A stretch of DNA of 64,000 nucleotides from a virus. Below, in pieces: positions 1-9,635 of this stretch. Position 1 is the first letter of the stretch; every line of letters starts with the position of its first letter. The notes under the pieces are model-generated. The model made no database searches, had not been told where the DNA came from, and saw only the letters and a list, made by a program, of their open reading frames with translations. The translations under genes were made by a program, and so were the position numbers. Location of the stretch: the IMG/VR virus record IMGVR_UViG_3300044641_005643, one strand, 5' to 3'.

Positions 1-14
1 ATGTTTTCATTAAA

Positions 15-368
15 TTATTCTGATAGGTGATCTTTTTTAATTTCTTTGACTGAACAATGCAAGATATCTGCAATTGTGTTCTTGATATCTATTCTAGTGT
101 TATTTAAATTTCTAATTTGGATCGCTCTTGATCCAATTTCTTCTAGTGAAAGATTTGATTCATTGCCTGATTTAAGTTCAGCTTCAAGATTCCAAATGGC
201 TATATGTATGCTATACAGTTTTTCAAATTCTTTATCAATCAATTCCCATTGAAATTTTTCAACAGCAGTTGAATAAAAATTATATTCTTGATAATTGGCT
301 CCGTTAGTTTTACCATATTTTAGTTTTGCAATTGCATATCTATCTATAAGTTCTATAACCGGAAACAT
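15..368 (-). CDS. hypothetical coiled-coil protein
   Basis: 117-aa ORF coupled to the radical SAM gene; helical, AT-rich. Confidence 0.6.
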   Translation of the reverse strand: MFPVIELIDRYAIAKLKYGKTNGANYQEYNFYSTAVEKFQWELIDKEFEKLYSIHIAIWNLEAELKSGNESNLSLEEIGSRAIQIRNLNNTRIDIKNTIADILHCSVKEIKKDHLSE

Positions 369-1396
369 TATAAGTAAAGACTTTCTAAATTTTGTGGTTG
401 ATCTATTATTTTTTGTATTTGAATATTACTTATGTTGGGCCTGCATGGAGCACAAAGATTAACATTTGTTTTGTTGTAAATTTCATTATGCCTATCATTT
501 AACCAAAGATCTCTAAAATCTCCTGTATCCCAACTGCCTAATTCAAATTTGGTATTTCCTTTTCCTTCACAACACACATATATTTTTCCATTCGCACAGA
601 ATACAGGAAAATGATACATTTGATGACATTTTTTATAAGTTCGAGAAAGTGTTTTATTAATATTAATTTTATAATTTTGTTGATAGGTCTCACTTAAGTC
701 TTTTAAAATAGATAATGTCGTTTCACTTATAGAGTATGCCTTATTGTTTAATATCACCGGACGGAAATAAAGAGTTCGTCCACCTAATTTCTTTACTAAT
801 GCAAACAAATCATTAAAAGCTTCAAAATTATCATTGTGCTGATTGATTAGACATTTAAAATCAACATTACATCCTAAATCTATTAATGACTTGGCATTGT
901 CGCATACCTTATCAAACAAACTTTTTGAAGTTAAACTTCTTCTAATGACTTCGTATAAATTTTTTTCTCCAGCATCTATGTCTATACCAATCCATGCAAT
1001 TTTTTTTAATTTGTCAATTGAAACATTATCTCGCAGTTTATCTAAATTTGATCCATTTGTAGTTATGCTACATAAAAAACCCAAATCAATAGTGTGTTCA
1101 ATAACTTTTTCGTAACCACTTAGAACAGTAGGTTCCCCACCACCGGGATATGTAATAGTATGTGTGGTTCCATAACTCTTTGGGCTGTGTGATCTCCAAG
1201 TTGATATTTTATCTAACAAAGAAATATATTCTTTATAATTTTTTTGCACAGGTTCTTTTTTACGAAATTCATAGGAGTTACAGTAAAAACAATCTTGATT
1301 ACACACATTCGTCAAATCAATATCTACCTGTGCAGGCAGTATTTTCATTTGATCTTTATTTGACATCCAATGCACCAATTCAGCAAATTGATACAT
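368..1396 (-). CDS. radical SAM protein with C-terminal SPASM/twitch-like domain
   Basis: CNQDCFYC (CxxxCxxC), GGGEP, TTNG motifs; C-terminal Cys cluster (KKCH, VCC, CAPC). Confidence 0.85.
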   Translation of the reverse strand: MYQFAELVHWMSNKDQMKILPAQVDIDLTNVCNQDCFYCNSYEFRKKEPVQKNYKEYISLLDKISTWRSHSPKSYGTTHTITYPGGGEPTVLSGYEKVIEHTIDLGFLCSITTNGSNLDKLRDNVSIDKLKKIAWIGIDIDAGEKNLYEVIRRSLTSKSLFDKVCDNAKSLIDLGCNVDFKCLINQHNDNFEAFNDLFALVKKLGGRTLYFRPVILNNKAYSISETTLSILKDLSETYQQNYKININKTLSRTYKKCHQMYHFPVFCANGKIYVCCEGKGNTKFELGSWDTGDFRDLWLNDRHNEIYNKTNVNLCAPCRPNISNIQIQKIIDQPQNLESLYL

Positions 1397-1920
1397 TAGA
1401 TTCTTTCCACACCAGTTATTTGCATGGTATATCTAGGTTCTATTCCAATGTTTGCAGCAAAGTGAGAGGTGTTGTTGTTCCAAACTACATAGTCCCCTCT
1501 TTTCCAATTAACAAAACCTTGTCCATCAATTTCAAAATAATGTCCGCTTTTCCAATCTTCTAAAAAAACAATACAACGCCAAATTTTTGACGGATCTTCT
1601 ATATTATAAAGTTTTCTGTATGTAAGGTAACTATCATAATGTAGAGGAAACATGTTTAATGTTCGTTGGCAATAATAATTAATTGTCACATGATCCCAAT
1701 CGAACATTGTTAAAAAAGGAACAGCGTACTCTGGCATATTTTTTTCTAAAGTTGGCATATTTACTGTCATGCCATTTAGTGTTACACCTACATATCCTTG
1801 GCCACGCCATCTATCTTCGTCAAAAGTATTTTTAATTGGCAAATATTGAAAGTCTAATTGTTTAAAGGAATCATCCCACCAAGGATCAATATGACCAAAT
1901 TTGTATGAATGTGTTTGCAT
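1396..1920 (-). CDS. putative 2OG-Fe(II) oxygenase / cupin-fold protein
   Basis: HYD...H facial-triad pattern with distal R (PRYT). Confidence 0.55.
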   Translation of the reverse strand: MQTHSYKFGHIDPWWDDSFKQLDFQYLPIKNTFDEDRWRGQGYVGVTLNGMTVNMPTLEKNMPEYAVPFLTMFDWDHVTINYYCQRTLNMFPLHYDSYLTYRKLYNIEDPSKIWRCIVFLEDWKSGHYFEIDGQGFVNWKRGDYVVWNNNTSHFAANIGIEPRYTMQITGVERI

Positions 1921-1930
1921 TATAAAATAC

Positions 1931-2890
1931 TTATTTCATGTACCATTTATAAGCGGAATCTACTATTTGATCAAGTGTAGAATAACGTGGTTGCCATTTT
2001 AAAATGTTTTGCGCTAAACTTGCATTAGCCACAAGTTGATCAGGATCGCCTGGACGTCTAGGTCCTATCTGTACTTTTACAGGTCCATAATTTAAAATTA
2101 TGTAATCTATAATTTGTTGATTGCTTATTCCTTGATTTGTTCCTAAATTAAACACTGCCCAACGACCATCTGTGTTCCATTGGATAGCACGATAATGTGC
2201 ATCTGCCAAGTCCCAAACATGTATGTAATCTCTTATACATGTTCTGTCTGGTGTAGCATAGTCGGTACCGTTCAAAGTAAAATACTGGTCATTTATTTTA
2301 GATTCTAACAATCTGGCAATAATATGATTAGCCCCAGATTCTTGACCAAGATCATAGTTGTGGGGTTCGGCTCCGGCAGCGTTAAAGTATCTAAAGCACA
2401 CACTGGCTAGTCCATATGCCTGATTATAGTTTTGTAAAATCACTTCAACGATATCTTTTGAATGACCGTACGGAGTAATAGGTTTTACCCTGTCTGTTTC
2501 AACCAATGGAACACGATCAGGGTTGCCGTACACACTAGCACTAGAACTAAAAAGAACAAGCGGTTTCTTTTTATAATCCTTAACATGATTTAAAAATGTA
2601 ATAGTCTTTGCCACATTGTTGTCATAATATTTTGCAGGATCAAGCACACTTTCTCCAACAGAAATATCTCCAGCACAATGTACAATGACATCGGGTTGTA
2701 ATTCATCTAACCATAATAAACTTTGTCGTGAAACATAATCAGTATGTAAGAAACCATCAACATTTTTTAGTGTGTGATCTCTACGTTCGCGATCAATAAT
2801 ATACACACTAGAGTTTTCAATGCGTTGTTTTAGATAGCGGGCGATGTGGCTACCAATGTAACCACATCCACCTGTAATTACAATTTTCAT
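1931..2890 (-). CDS. galE: UDP-glucose 4-epimerase
   Basis: TGGCGYIGSH Rossmann motif, SSSASVYG, YGHSK (YxxxK), RYFNAAGA, RDYIHV. Confidence 0.92.
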   Translation of the reverse strand: MKIVITGGCGYIGSHIARYLKQRIENSSVYIIDRERRDHTLKNVDGFLHTDYVSRQSLLWLDELQPDVIVHCAGDISVGESVLDPAKYYDNNVAKTITFLNHVKDYKKKPLVLFSSSASVYGNPDRVPLVETDRVKPITPYGHSKDIVEVILQNYNQAYGLASVCFRYFNAAGAEPHNYDLGQESGANHIIARLLESKINDQYFTLNGTDYATPDRTCIRDYIHVWDLADAHYRAIQWNTDGRWAVFNLGTNQGISNQQIIDYIILNYGPVKVQIGPRRPGDPDQLVANASLAQNILKWQPRYSTLDQIVDSAYKWYMK

Positions 2891-4083
2891 TAATACTTGC
2901 TTTCGTGCGTGTGTTTTCTGTAGTCTGTACTCATTCGCAACCAGGATTCTCCGTTGCCTTGGAGAATATCGCAGATCCTGTCAATTGTGAGATCATTCCA
3001 CGCACTGAATCGACCCATGTTTGGGTGCGGATGTTGTAAGAGGGGTACAAGTTTTTGTAGTGCATCTCTAATCGACCACGGGACATAAAGTCTTTCGCTA
3101 TCATTTGCAAAAGCTTCTGGGAAACTTCTGTAGGCGGGGTATAATATATTAGCTCCAAGAGCGTCCGCTTCGCTTGCAGTATTTGAAACCCAATCCTGAA
3201 GAGCACAATTAAATAACACTCGCGTATCGTTGAGTAAAGCATAGTAATCATTCTTTTCAAGATCTTCATACACAGTCAGTTTTCCTTCGGCCTGCAGTCT
3301 GCGAGTACGATCCATGTAACTGCTATTGTTCGACCGCAATTTACTACCACTAAACACACAGAATTCAACTTGAGGCCAATTGTTATAAGGCATTGCTTGA
3401 AGTCTGTGATACTCTTCAATCAAATCCATGTAGAAGTCTGGTTGCTTCTCTTGATCCCAACGTGCTGCAAATCCCACACGGTACGCTCGATCTGCAAACT
3501 TTTTGAGTTCTCCGGGCACACGACCGCGAACTTCGTCCTTACCAAATGCCAATCCACTAATGTTATAAATCTTGCCCTTCCAGCCTGCAACCTTCATGTG
3601 CATGACCATTTCTTCATTGGTAGCAAGAACAATGTCAGCAAAACTATCTACCATCTTTTCATAATGCCCCATCCATTCCTGCATGCCCCATACATGAACA
3701 AAGTCATCAGGATCAATAGTTTGTGCAAGACAACGAACGGCAATGCGAGGACGCATATCGCTAGGCACTTGATCGAGAATGTAAGGTAGGCTCTCGATGC
3801 CGGGTTGAAACATGTCTTCAAAGTAGATAACATCTTCACTGGTAACTTCTCCTGCTTTCATCTTGCGAACCAGATTCATAAGTTGGCTCATGCCAAAATA
3901 TGTACGACCGTGTGCATCCAACACTTGTCCTGTAACAATGGCTTGGTCATTGCTCAGTGTTTCGCCGGGTACAATTTCATAATTGATACCACGACGTTCA
4001 AATACAGCACGATTCCACTCTTGCAATTGTAGTGTGTATCTTGCTTTGTAAGGCTCAAGGCCCATGTACCATAACTTACGCAT
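2890..4083 (-). CDS. GT-B fold glycosyltransferase (GT4-like)
   Basis: C-terminal RWDQEKQP and ASEADALG...YP motifs; start moved to MRKLW after a GGAG RBS. Confidence 0.65.
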   Translation of the reverse strand: MRKLWYMGLEPYKARYTLQLQEWNRAVFERRGINYEIVPGETLSNDQAIVTGQVLDAHGRTYFGMSQLMNLVRKMKAGEVTSEDVIYFEDMFQPGIESLPYILDQVPSDMRPRIAVRCLAQTIDPDDFVHVWGMQEWMGHYEKMVDSFADIVLATNEEMVMHMKVAGWKGKIYNISGLAFGKDEVRGRVPGELKKFADRAYRVGFAARWDQEKQPDFYMDLIEEYHRLQAMPYNNWPQVEFCVFSGSKLRSNNSSYMDRTRRLQAEGKLTVYEDLEKNDYYALLNDTRVLFNCALQDWVSNTASEADALGANILYPAYRSFPEAFANDSERLYVPWSIRDALQKLVPLLQHPHPNMGRFSAWNDLTIDRICDILQGNGESWLRMSTDYRKHTHESKY

Positions 4084-4091
4084 CTCTCCAC

Positions 4092-4355
4092 TCATAGCCA
4101 GCCCCCAGCTCTCGCAATACCAATTGCGCCAACAAAAATCCAGAAACCATTTAACAATGTATAGGCCTTGTCTTTCTTTAACATAGCACAATAAGTTAAT
4201 AATATAGCGTCTAAGGTATTAACGATCCAAACTAACATAAATGGGCTAGCTGGTCCTAACCATGACACTAAACTAAAACAAAAAATACGCATAACTACCC
4301 CAGCCATTTCCATCTGAGATATATTATTTTTAATGAAGTCAGTGATTAATTTCAT
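4092..4355 (-). CDS. small membrane protein
   Basis: about 3 hydrophobic segments; in operon. Confidence 0.55.
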   Translation of the reverse strand: MKLITDFIKNNISQMEMAGVVMRIFCFSLVSWLGPASPFMLVWIVNTLDAILLTYCAMLKKDKAYTLLNGFWIFVGAIGIARAGGWL

Positions 4356-4570
4356 GTGCGTTCTTTTTTAGCATACCACATGTTGCGCGGTTCACGACCT
4401 TTGAGACTGCGTTGAAAATCACCCCAGGGAGTTTTTTCATTGTATAGATGACGTTCGTCAAACGGGTGTCCGTATTGCACACAAAATTCACGATAACGTT
4501 CGAGGTCATCAAAAATTTGATTGACTTCGGGTTTCATAGTCAAATACTTCTTAAGCCATTTAGCGGCCAT
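4352..4570 (-). CDS. hypothetical protein
   Basis: AAGGAG RBS; overlaps the next gene. Confidence 0.7.
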   Translation of the reverse strand: MAAKWLKKYLTMKPEVNQIFDDLERYREFCVQYGHPFDERHLYNEKTPWGDFQRSLKGREPRNMWYAKKERT

Positions 4571-5546
4571 TTCGTTCTCCTTGGAAGTGTTGTTTAAGCT
4601 GAATAATTATTGGATCAAAAATTAATTTTTTAATATCGTTTGATATAAGTCTTTGTTGATTATATAGTCTTCTTTGATAAGTTTCAAATTTAATTTGTTC
4701 ATGATCTAAAGTTGCTAAATGATCTAAGACTTTATGCATCTGAATAATTCGATGTTGCCAATCGTCGATGTTGTCATAGAATTGATGATCAACAATATCA
4801 TCAAATACATCAAATCCTAAATTTCTAAGAAGTTGCACAGCACCTTTTCTTGCGCATAATATTGGAATTTGTCCTACATGAAAAACTTTGTAGGTTTTTT
4901 CGCTAATATACAAATCCTCAACAGTATTTTCGGCAACAATATGAAATAGGCTTTCTTGGTACACTGGAAGATCAACAGCATACATAGACTCTACTACATC
5001 AGTTTCAACAGTGGGCCATGTATAGTACTCTTGTTCAATTTGTTTAACAAATGAATAAAATTCTGTATCTTTTGCATACCAGTTAAGTTCAAATGGTGAA
5101 TGTAATTTGAATTTAGAAATAAGAATTTGGTTAAAATATGATTTTTCTTTAAGTTTTAAATAGTTAAATATTTTTCCCGGGCGATAATTATTAAAATTTC
5201 TTGATGCACAGGAAAAAAGATAATTTGTCTTAATTAGGCTAATATCTCTGATAATAATTGACTGAGTAAGCCACATAAACAAATAAATGCAGTAATAAAA
5301 TATATTGTTTTTTGGTTGAGTTATAAATTCTGTATCAAAAGTAAAAATAAAAACATTTGGTCCTATATTTTCCGGTATATCTAATTTACCATGGAATTTA
5401 TACAAAAAAATTATATCTTCTGTGGATGAATAGATATAATCTTCAACTGGAAAACATTGGGCCTTCTTTATTATCTCGAATAAATCTTTATCGTAGTTTT
5501 TAATGTATTGAACTAATGGTAAAAAATGAGAATTGTCAACCCACAT
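4560..5546 (-). CDS. AT-rich hypothetical protein, possible glycosyltransferase-like C-terminus
   Basis: SEKTYK...LRNLGFDVFDDIVDH.YD pattern; start at MWVDN. Confidence 0.5.
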   Translation of the reverse strand: MWVDNSHFLPLVQYIKNYDKDLFEIIKKAQCFPVEDYIYSSTEDIIFLYKFHGKLDIPENIGPNVFIFTFDTEFITQPKNNIFYYCIYLFMWLTQSIIIRDISLIKTNYLFSCASRNFNNYRPGKIFNYLKLKEKSYFNQILISKFKLHSPFELNWYAKDTEFYSFVKQIEQEYYTWPTVETDVVESMYAVDLPVYQESLFHIVAENTVEDLYISEKTYKVFHVGQIPILCARKGAVQLLRNLGFDVFDDIVDHQFYDNIDDWQHRIIQMHKVLDHLATLDHEQIKFETYQRRLYNQQRLISNDIKKLIFDPIIIQLKQHFQGERNGR

Positions 5547-5548
5547 TG

Positions 5549-5983
5549 TTAGATTTTTATTGATAGAGAGGGTTGATGAGTTGCGTAAGTGATAGTACAA
5601 CCGTTTTCGTTGTCTTCACTTACACTGATTGTGACATCGCGTCCAGGATACCTGTCGGCAATTTGAATATACAAATCATCTGCGATCATTTCGCAGCTTT
5701 TGTAATCTAGTTCTAGAACCGCGTTCCCACCACTATACAGCCCTTCCAACCATCGTTTGAATTGGATGAACTCGATTTCCCGATCATTATGGAACACATC
5801 GATTGACACCCTAAAGTGGAAGATGTGACGATGAGGGTAACCAAGAAAACTAACGTCCGCAAGACCAGGATCCTCCAATGCTGCTGGGTATTTATGAACG
5901 CCTTCCTTTTGAAAGGTAACCCATATTTGTCTTGCAGCACGGCCCATAATTCTATCAGCAGTTTCTCTTTGTTCTTGATTCAT
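5549..5983 (-). CDS. QueD/PTPS-like T-fold protein (7-deazaguanine pathway)
   Basis: H...HRH metal ligands, SCEMIA and C-terminal VSED motifs resembling 6-carboxytetrahydropterin synthase; near the TGT-like gene. Confidence 0.6.
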   Translation of the reverse strand: MNQEQRETADRIMGRAARQIWVTFQKEGVHKYPAALEDPGLADVSFLGYPHRHIFHFRVSIDVFHNDREIEFIQFKRWLEGLYSGGNAVLELDYKSCEMIADDLYIQIADRYPGRDVTISVSEDNENGCTITYATHQPSLSIKI

Positions 5984-6495
5984 CGAATAACCTCATCGTT
6001 TGTGTATTTTGACCAATCAGTAAAACAATTTTCTCTTTGCATTAAATCGTGGACACTATGACACCAGACACCAGGATTGGTGCCTGCAAAGTCTTTGTCA
6101 TCAAGTTTAATTGTAGCATTATATCCTAGTTGTTGTATATAGGGCAATTTAACCGATATCATTGGAATGAATTTGTGATATTCTGTCAAACTGGTTTCTC
6201 TCAATCCTTCTACTTCACTAACAGCTAGATCCAAAGTGCACCAATAACCGCGACTTATAAAAGGCATGATCATATTTTCCCAACGAGTCCAATCTGAACT
6301 AGTAGATCTTCCGTTTGGAAAACTTTGGTTAGCACCAAAATATATGTGTGTGCATTTATGTGCAATTGCTGCGGCGTCAATTAGGTCTTTGTCTTGTACG
6401 CCAACTACAAATAATGTTTTTTGGCCGTATGCAGGAGTGTGTTCAACTTCTGATCCTACAAAAAGTTTTGTATTCGTATGTCCTTGTCTATTCAT
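5980..6495 (-). CDS. conserved phage hypothetical protein in the deazaguanine cluster
   Basis: about 171-aa ORF coupled to its neighbours. Confidence 0.7.
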   Translation of the reverse strand: MNRQGHTNTKLFVGSEVEHTPAYGQKTLFVVGVQDKDLIDAAAIAHKCTHIYFGANQSFPNGRSTSSDWTRWENMIMPFISRGYWCTLDLAVSEVEGLRETSLTEYHKFIPMISVKLPYIQQLGYNATIKLDDKDFAGTNPGVWCHSVHDLMQRENCFTDWSKYTNDEVIR

Positions 6496-6700
6496 TACCG
6501 TATCCAATTCTTTGTGTGTCCTCTTCCCATTGTAGTCGATTTAGTTTGCTGATTTCATCTTTAAGCAGCAACTTTTTCTTTTTTAATTCTGCTAAATGTT
6601 CTACATCAACTCCTGGATGATTTGTTTGCATTTCGTTTATTTGTTTGTCGAGTAATTTATGCATTTCTTCTAAATGTTTAATTCTACTTTTATAACTCAT
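6488..6700 (-). CDS. DUF465/YdcH-like helical hairpin protein
   Basis: HxxLDxxI...LKKKKLxLKDEI pattern; GGAGGAG RBS. Confidence 0.7.
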   Translation of the reverse strand: MSYKSRIKHLEEMHKLLDKQINEMQTNHPGVDVEHLAELKKKKLLLKDEISKLNRLQWEEDTQRIGYGNE

Positions 6701-6701
6701 A

Positions 6702-8240
6702 TCACTCCTCCAAATGAGATTGAATTAGATTTGATGCCTCTTGATCTGACATTTCATTTTCGTCATCTTCAACTACTTCAAACAGTGCATTGAACATTGT
6801 GTTACTGTTTTTGGTTTTTTTACCTTTAAATCCTCTTGTGCCAACAATGTCCATCCAATATCTTTCATAATGTTCAATGATAGATTCGGAAGTTGCTCTA
6901 TCTGGTGCTGCAAATATAGCCTCAACAATGTCTTCAAATTTTGAATGATCACCATTGCGATACCATAACATGGCCGGTCTTTGTCCAGAATCAAAAGTTC
7001 TATTGGCTCGTTGCACACTTTCAATATGCATCCAAACATTATGACTCATCATTAATGCGTAACTAAAACTATCCCAACTGGTGCGACCTTCCTTTCCGTT
7101 TTTGTTTAGATCACCAGGCTTGTATATACAAACGTCTTTTATTGATAAATGCTTGCTAACGGGCGATTCATCAAACACATCAAAAATTCCATCCTGCAAT
7201 ACTGCGTCTCGAAATGTTCTGGTGTCTGTAGCGTATTTCTTGTCGTCGGCACTGGGTGACATTCTGTAACACCATTTTGCGTCATGAGGCAAGTCAATTT
7301 GATGATACATCTGTCCGTTGGCTGTGGCCAGAAACGGACTGGCACAATCAAAACTGATAGTAAAAGCAGGATTGACATACTTGCGTACTGCTCTCTGTAC
7401 TACTGTTAATAATACTGCCCATTCTAATTTACTTGTTCCCAAAAAGTGCATCCAATCATGCACGCCTTCTTGAAGAAGGTTATCGTATTTTAACGCAATC
7501 AAACGTTTCAGCACAAGATGTATATCACACATGTTCTGTCCGCCCATAGCCCATCCGTCAAAATGTGTGTCTGGGTACTTGGCAGGATCACAAAACTCTT
7601 TCATTTCTTCGTACCACTCATTGGCACTGGTATGATTGTCGCCTTGTAAAACATTTAAAAACTTTGCACCACCATTTTTCTTACCTCGACGATGCTGCAT
7701 GAAATAGTTGTTGTTGAACTTTGTGGCATCAACGGCTTCTTCGAGTGTTGATATACCACAAGCGGCACTTGCCTTCTTGTCATGTATTACCCAGGTGGGA
7801 ATATCAAGAATCATGCCATAATCAGCAATCCCATCGAGCCATTTAAGAACTGCTGAACGTTTTTTTTCAGCCTTGGCACAACCTGAGTTGGCACGCCAGT
7901 CACCTTCCCACAAGCCCTTGGCAATTTGGAATCCACCCGAATCACCTAGCATGAAAGTGCCGGGCTCGCGTTTGCGAACCATATCTTCACTGGCGTCTTC
8001 TTTGTTGAGATCTAGGTTGGCGTGACCACCTGAGTACAGACTCCATCTGTAAGGAAACAGGGCCTGTTGGCTGTTGAGCCAATTGAACTGTTCCATGTCT
8101 TGTAACGCCGGTGGCATACGAGCAGGATCAACATAGTCATTACTAACACGTTGCTTTCCTATAAAAGTTGCGTAAAAACCAGAAATAGCAGGCAAGAACA
8201 CTGCATAATCTGATTGTTTTACTGTTAAATTATCCTGCAT
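6702..8240 (-). CDS. TGT-family guanine transglycosylase (DpdA-like)
   Basis: TGT motifs in the correct order: DSGGFQ, MILD, VLQG, AMGG, HFLG, FDC; no CxCxxC zinc site. Confidence 0.75.
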   Translation of the reverse strand: MQDNLTVKQSDYAVFLPAISGFYATFIGKQRVSNDYVDPARMPPALQDMEQFNWLNSQQALFPYRWSLYSGGHANLDLNKEDASEDMVRKREPGTFMLGDSGGFQIAKGLWEGDWRANSGCAKAEKKRSAVLKWLDGIADYGMILDIPTWVIHDKKASAACGISTLEEAVDATKFNNNYFMQHRRGKKNGGAKFLNVLQGDNHTSANEWYEEMKEFCDPAKYPDTHFDGWAMGGQNMCDIHLVLKRLIALKYDNLLQEGVHDWMHFLGTSKLEWAVLLTVVQRAVRKYVNPAFTISFDCASPFLATANGQMYHQIDLPHDAKWCYRMSPSADDKKYATDTRTFRDAVLQDGIFDVFDESPVSKHLSIKDVCIYKPGDLNKNGKEGRTSWDSFSYALMMSHNVWMHIESVQRANRTFDSGQRPAMLWYRNGDHSKFEDIVEAIFAAPDRATSESIIEHYERYWMDIVGTRGFKGKKTKNSNTMFNALFEVVEDDENEMSDQEASNLIQSHLEE

Positions 8241-8856
8241 AAAATTTAATTGAGTTGATGAGTTTGTAATCTTCGACAAAATATTTTTCTAGATTATAAA
8301 GGTATTTAGAATTTTGTTCAATGGCTTTTGTAAAAATAGTTTTAAACTTTTTTCTTTCCGGATCGTGATCTGAAATATGTTGATAATCATAATTGAAATA
8401 CCTATTGTTCATATCTTTATCATTTAGAAACTTACTAAAATGCTGTCTGTAATTTTCGCCACACCAAAAAAAAGTACAATTGTTGAAATTTAATCCGTCA
8501 ATGAATAGACTTTGTTTTTCGGTGTGATCGTCAAAAGCCACCCGATCAAATATGATGTCAAAAAAAGATTTTGAAAAATAAGCTGTATCAATTTTGGAAT
8601 GATACAAACACATATATTCTGCCATGCCACTGATCCATCTTTCAACAGGATCGCGTAAAACAATTATTGCATGTTTAGAATATAAATTATCCTTATGATA
8701 ATTGTAAAATTCCCATCCCCAGTCTTTTAAGTTTGGTTTAGTCCATGAACTGGCATTTTTTGGAATATAGATATACATGGTATCTGTGTTTTGGTGACTC
8801 ATACATTCACCAAACACATGACCTTTATTTTTGTAGTAATCTACAAACTGATTCAC
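8230..8856 (-). CDS. sulfotransferase-like protein
   Basis: IPKNASS (5'-PSB-like) and RDPVERWIS (3'-PB-like) motifs. Confidence 0.6.
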   Translation of the reverse strand: MNQFVDYYKNKGHVFGECMSHQNTDTMYIYIPKNASSWTKPNLKDWGWEFYNYHKDNLYSKHAIIVLRDPVERWISGMAEYMCLYHSKIDTAYFSKSFFDIIFDRVAFDDHTEKQSLFIDGLNFNNCTFFWCGENYRQHFSKFLNDKDMNNRYFNYDYQHISDHDPERKKFKTIFTKAIEQNSKYLYNLEKYFVEDYKLINSIKFYAG

Positions 8857-9572
8857 TTGGTTTGCGCAGGCAATATGTAATTGTAAATTGCTAGACCACT
8901 ATCAACAGTGATCTGTGCAGCACCTTCATCACTGAAACGAATCATTTTGTCACCACTTAAACTTAGAATACTAATAACCGCACTCAATGGCCATGACCAT
9001 GCCTTGGTCAATGATCCTGCTACATCATGTGCAAATACAAAGTTACCTGCATGACTGCTATGATCGCCAAAGTAAAACATCAAGTTGTTGTTTTCGGTTT
9101 TGGCAATGAATGTTGTTTCTCCACTGTTGGCCTGTGCTTGGAATTTTAGGCGTTGGATAGCAGCAACACTGGGTTCAATCTCTACTCCCCACTTAACACC
9201 TTTGAATTTTACTGTTTTGAGTTGATCATTCACAATCTCTGCACTCATAAAACGATAATCGTTTTTGAAATCACCGGCAGAATTTTCAAAGTGAATGCCT
9301 GTTGGGGCTTCATCTTTTTTGGTAATAGACAATCTAGCGTCATCTCTGTATTCGGGAATATTGAGAATGGTATTAAGTTTTCCTAAGTTTGGCATTCCAA
9401 ATGTGCCAATAAATTCAGGCACAGGATTATGAAATTGTGCATTAACAATGACTGTACGTTCTTCGCTTAATGCTTCAACAGTGGTTGTGTTTTCAGTTCC
9501 AACTATTTTAACTAGATCAATAATTCCTAAATTATGTGTGTGTTGAACAATATCTTGTAGATAGTCTTTCAT
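8853..9572 (-). CDS. DNA polymerase sliding clamp (gp45-like)
   Basis: 239 aa, beta/alpha clamp-like pattern, near the DNA polymerase, GGAG RBS. Confidence 0.6.
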   Translation of the reverse strand: MKDYLQDIVQHTHNLGIIDLVKIVGTENTTTVEALSEERTVIVNAQFHNPVPEFIGTFGMPNLGKLNTILNIPEYRDDARLSITKKDEAPTGIHFENSAGDFKNDYRFMSAEIVNDQLKTVKFKGVKWGVEIEPSVAAIQRLKFQAQANSGETTFIAKTENNNLMFYFGDHSSHAGNFVFAHDVAGSLTKAWSWPLSAVISILSLSGDKMIRFSDEGAAQITVDSGLAIYNYILPAQTK

Positions 9573-9594
9573 GTGAGTCTCCGTAAATGTTAAT

Positions 9595-9624
9595 ATTTTA
9601 ATACTTTGTTGAAGGTGTTGTCAA
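9595..9624 (-). promoter_or_regulatory. sigma70-type promoter
   Basis: TTGACA-N18-TAAAAT upstream of the clamp gene. Confidence 0.6.
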
Positions 9625-9635
9625 ATCTAAAAAGA

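Noticed and set aside
368-1396. Radical SAM protein as PqqE or QueE
   Set aside because: More than 60 kb from pqqA, within an AT-rich cassette; length and C-terminal Cys domain do not fit QueE; no specific PqqE evidence
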